A DNA stretch of 64,000 nucleotides from Eubacteriales bacterium (lineage in GTDB: Bacteria; Bacillota; Clostridia; Oscillospirales; CAG-272): the NCBI GenBank assembly GCA_045543015.1, contig JAZQLY010000031.1, forward strand, positions 1,565 to 65,564, in the 5' to 3' direction. Every line of letters starts with the position of its first letter. Positions within the stretch are counted from its first letter, which is position 1. The notes under the pieces were generated by a model, which worked only from the letters and a program-made list of their open reading frames with translations, did no database searches and was not told the DNA's origin. This document shows, in pieces, positions 63,527 to 64,000 of this stretch. The translations under genes were made by a program, and so were the position numbers.

Positions 63527-63653
63527 GGCAATTGTAAAATTTCGGCGTTTTTATCAAATCCGGCATGCGATTTTTGGTTATTTTCACAACAAAAGCGGGC
63601 GGCAGCCCCTGTCTGCACGAAAAAAAGCAGAAACGGCTACCGCCCCAAACGGT

Positions 63654-64000
63654 TTATTTCACTTTTGCATCACGGTATGCGACCACCGCATCCCCATATT
63701 CCATCATGGCGGTGAGCAGCCACTCGCCATCTGCATCCATACCGCCGGCCAGGCTACGCGCCACGTAGGTCTCTACACTGTAGGTCAACACCCGGCTGAC
63801 CCCCTCGGCCGTGCGCAGGCGTACATAATAGGGGCGGCTGTACTGATCGGCATAGATGCCGGTGGTGATGACCACGTAGCCATCTGCCTGCTTCAGCTTA
63901 TCAAGCGTGAAGGAGGATGCGTTTTCAAACGCGGGGTTGTCTGCCACCTCCAGCAAAACACCCTCAGCCAGCTTGGCTGCCTCGGCATTCTGGGTCAGGT
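63654..64000 (-). CDS. C-terminal end of a third paralog (5' part beyond window)
   Basis: Frame stays open to nt 64000; ...YYVRLRTAEGVSRVLTYSVETYVARS aligns with the C-termini of paralogs 1 and 2; no sORF follows it. Confidence 0.7.
   Translation of the reverse strand, partial: LTQNAEAAKLAEGVLLEVADNPAFENASSFTLDKLKQADGYVVITTGIYADQYSRPYYVRLRTAEGVSRVLTYSVETYVARSLAGGMDADGEWLLTAMMEYGDAVVAYRDAKVK

Overview
64-kb chromosomal window from a GC-rich, endospore-forming Firmicute. The class Clostridia, with gene content and style resembling Oscillospiraceae/Ruminococcaceae, is inferred, not proven.

Backbone genes, in order:
- murD (cut by the window edge), a lipoprotein, cysteine desulfurase, and a MATE pump.
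- A complete spoIIIAA-AH operon divergent from abrB.
- prfB, trmK-nif3, and a GH2 hydrolase.
- An XRE regulator divergent from spoIIAA-spoIIAB-sigF.
- CIRCE-controlled groES-groEL.
- LysR plus a TAXI-TRAP transporter, an SLH-anchored wall protein, and gtrA.
- THF-riboswitch-controlled folT, pepP-pepD, an amino-acid ABC transporter, and queT.
- A Thr T-box leader, tRNA-Gln (antisense), thrS, two cytoplasmic glycosidase-like genes, and thiI.

Accessory and cell-surface content:
1. A four-gene SipW/TasA-type export operon (13.4-18.4 kb). Its signal peptidase is fused to a polytopic membrane domain.
2. A BspA-type LRR lipoprotein with 117-bp in-frame tandem repeats.
3. A 12-kb minus-strand block (51.9-64.0 kb). 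It encodes a ~1870-aa surface protein with exact 68-aa helical repeats, then a tandem array of three paralogous large secreted proteins. Two of these are each followed by a conserved 46-codon acidic sORF that is too short to appear in the ORF track.

The Thr T-box leader is separated from thrS by ~385 nt. That spacer carries a hairpin-motif array, a bidirectional terminator and an oppositely oriented tRNA-Gln with its own consensus promoter.

I saw no rRNA, CRISPR array, transposase, integrase or phage genes. Many long ORFs in the supplied track are antisense shadow ORFs typical of GC-rich DNA. All functional calls rest on motif-level reading of the translations; no database search was possible.
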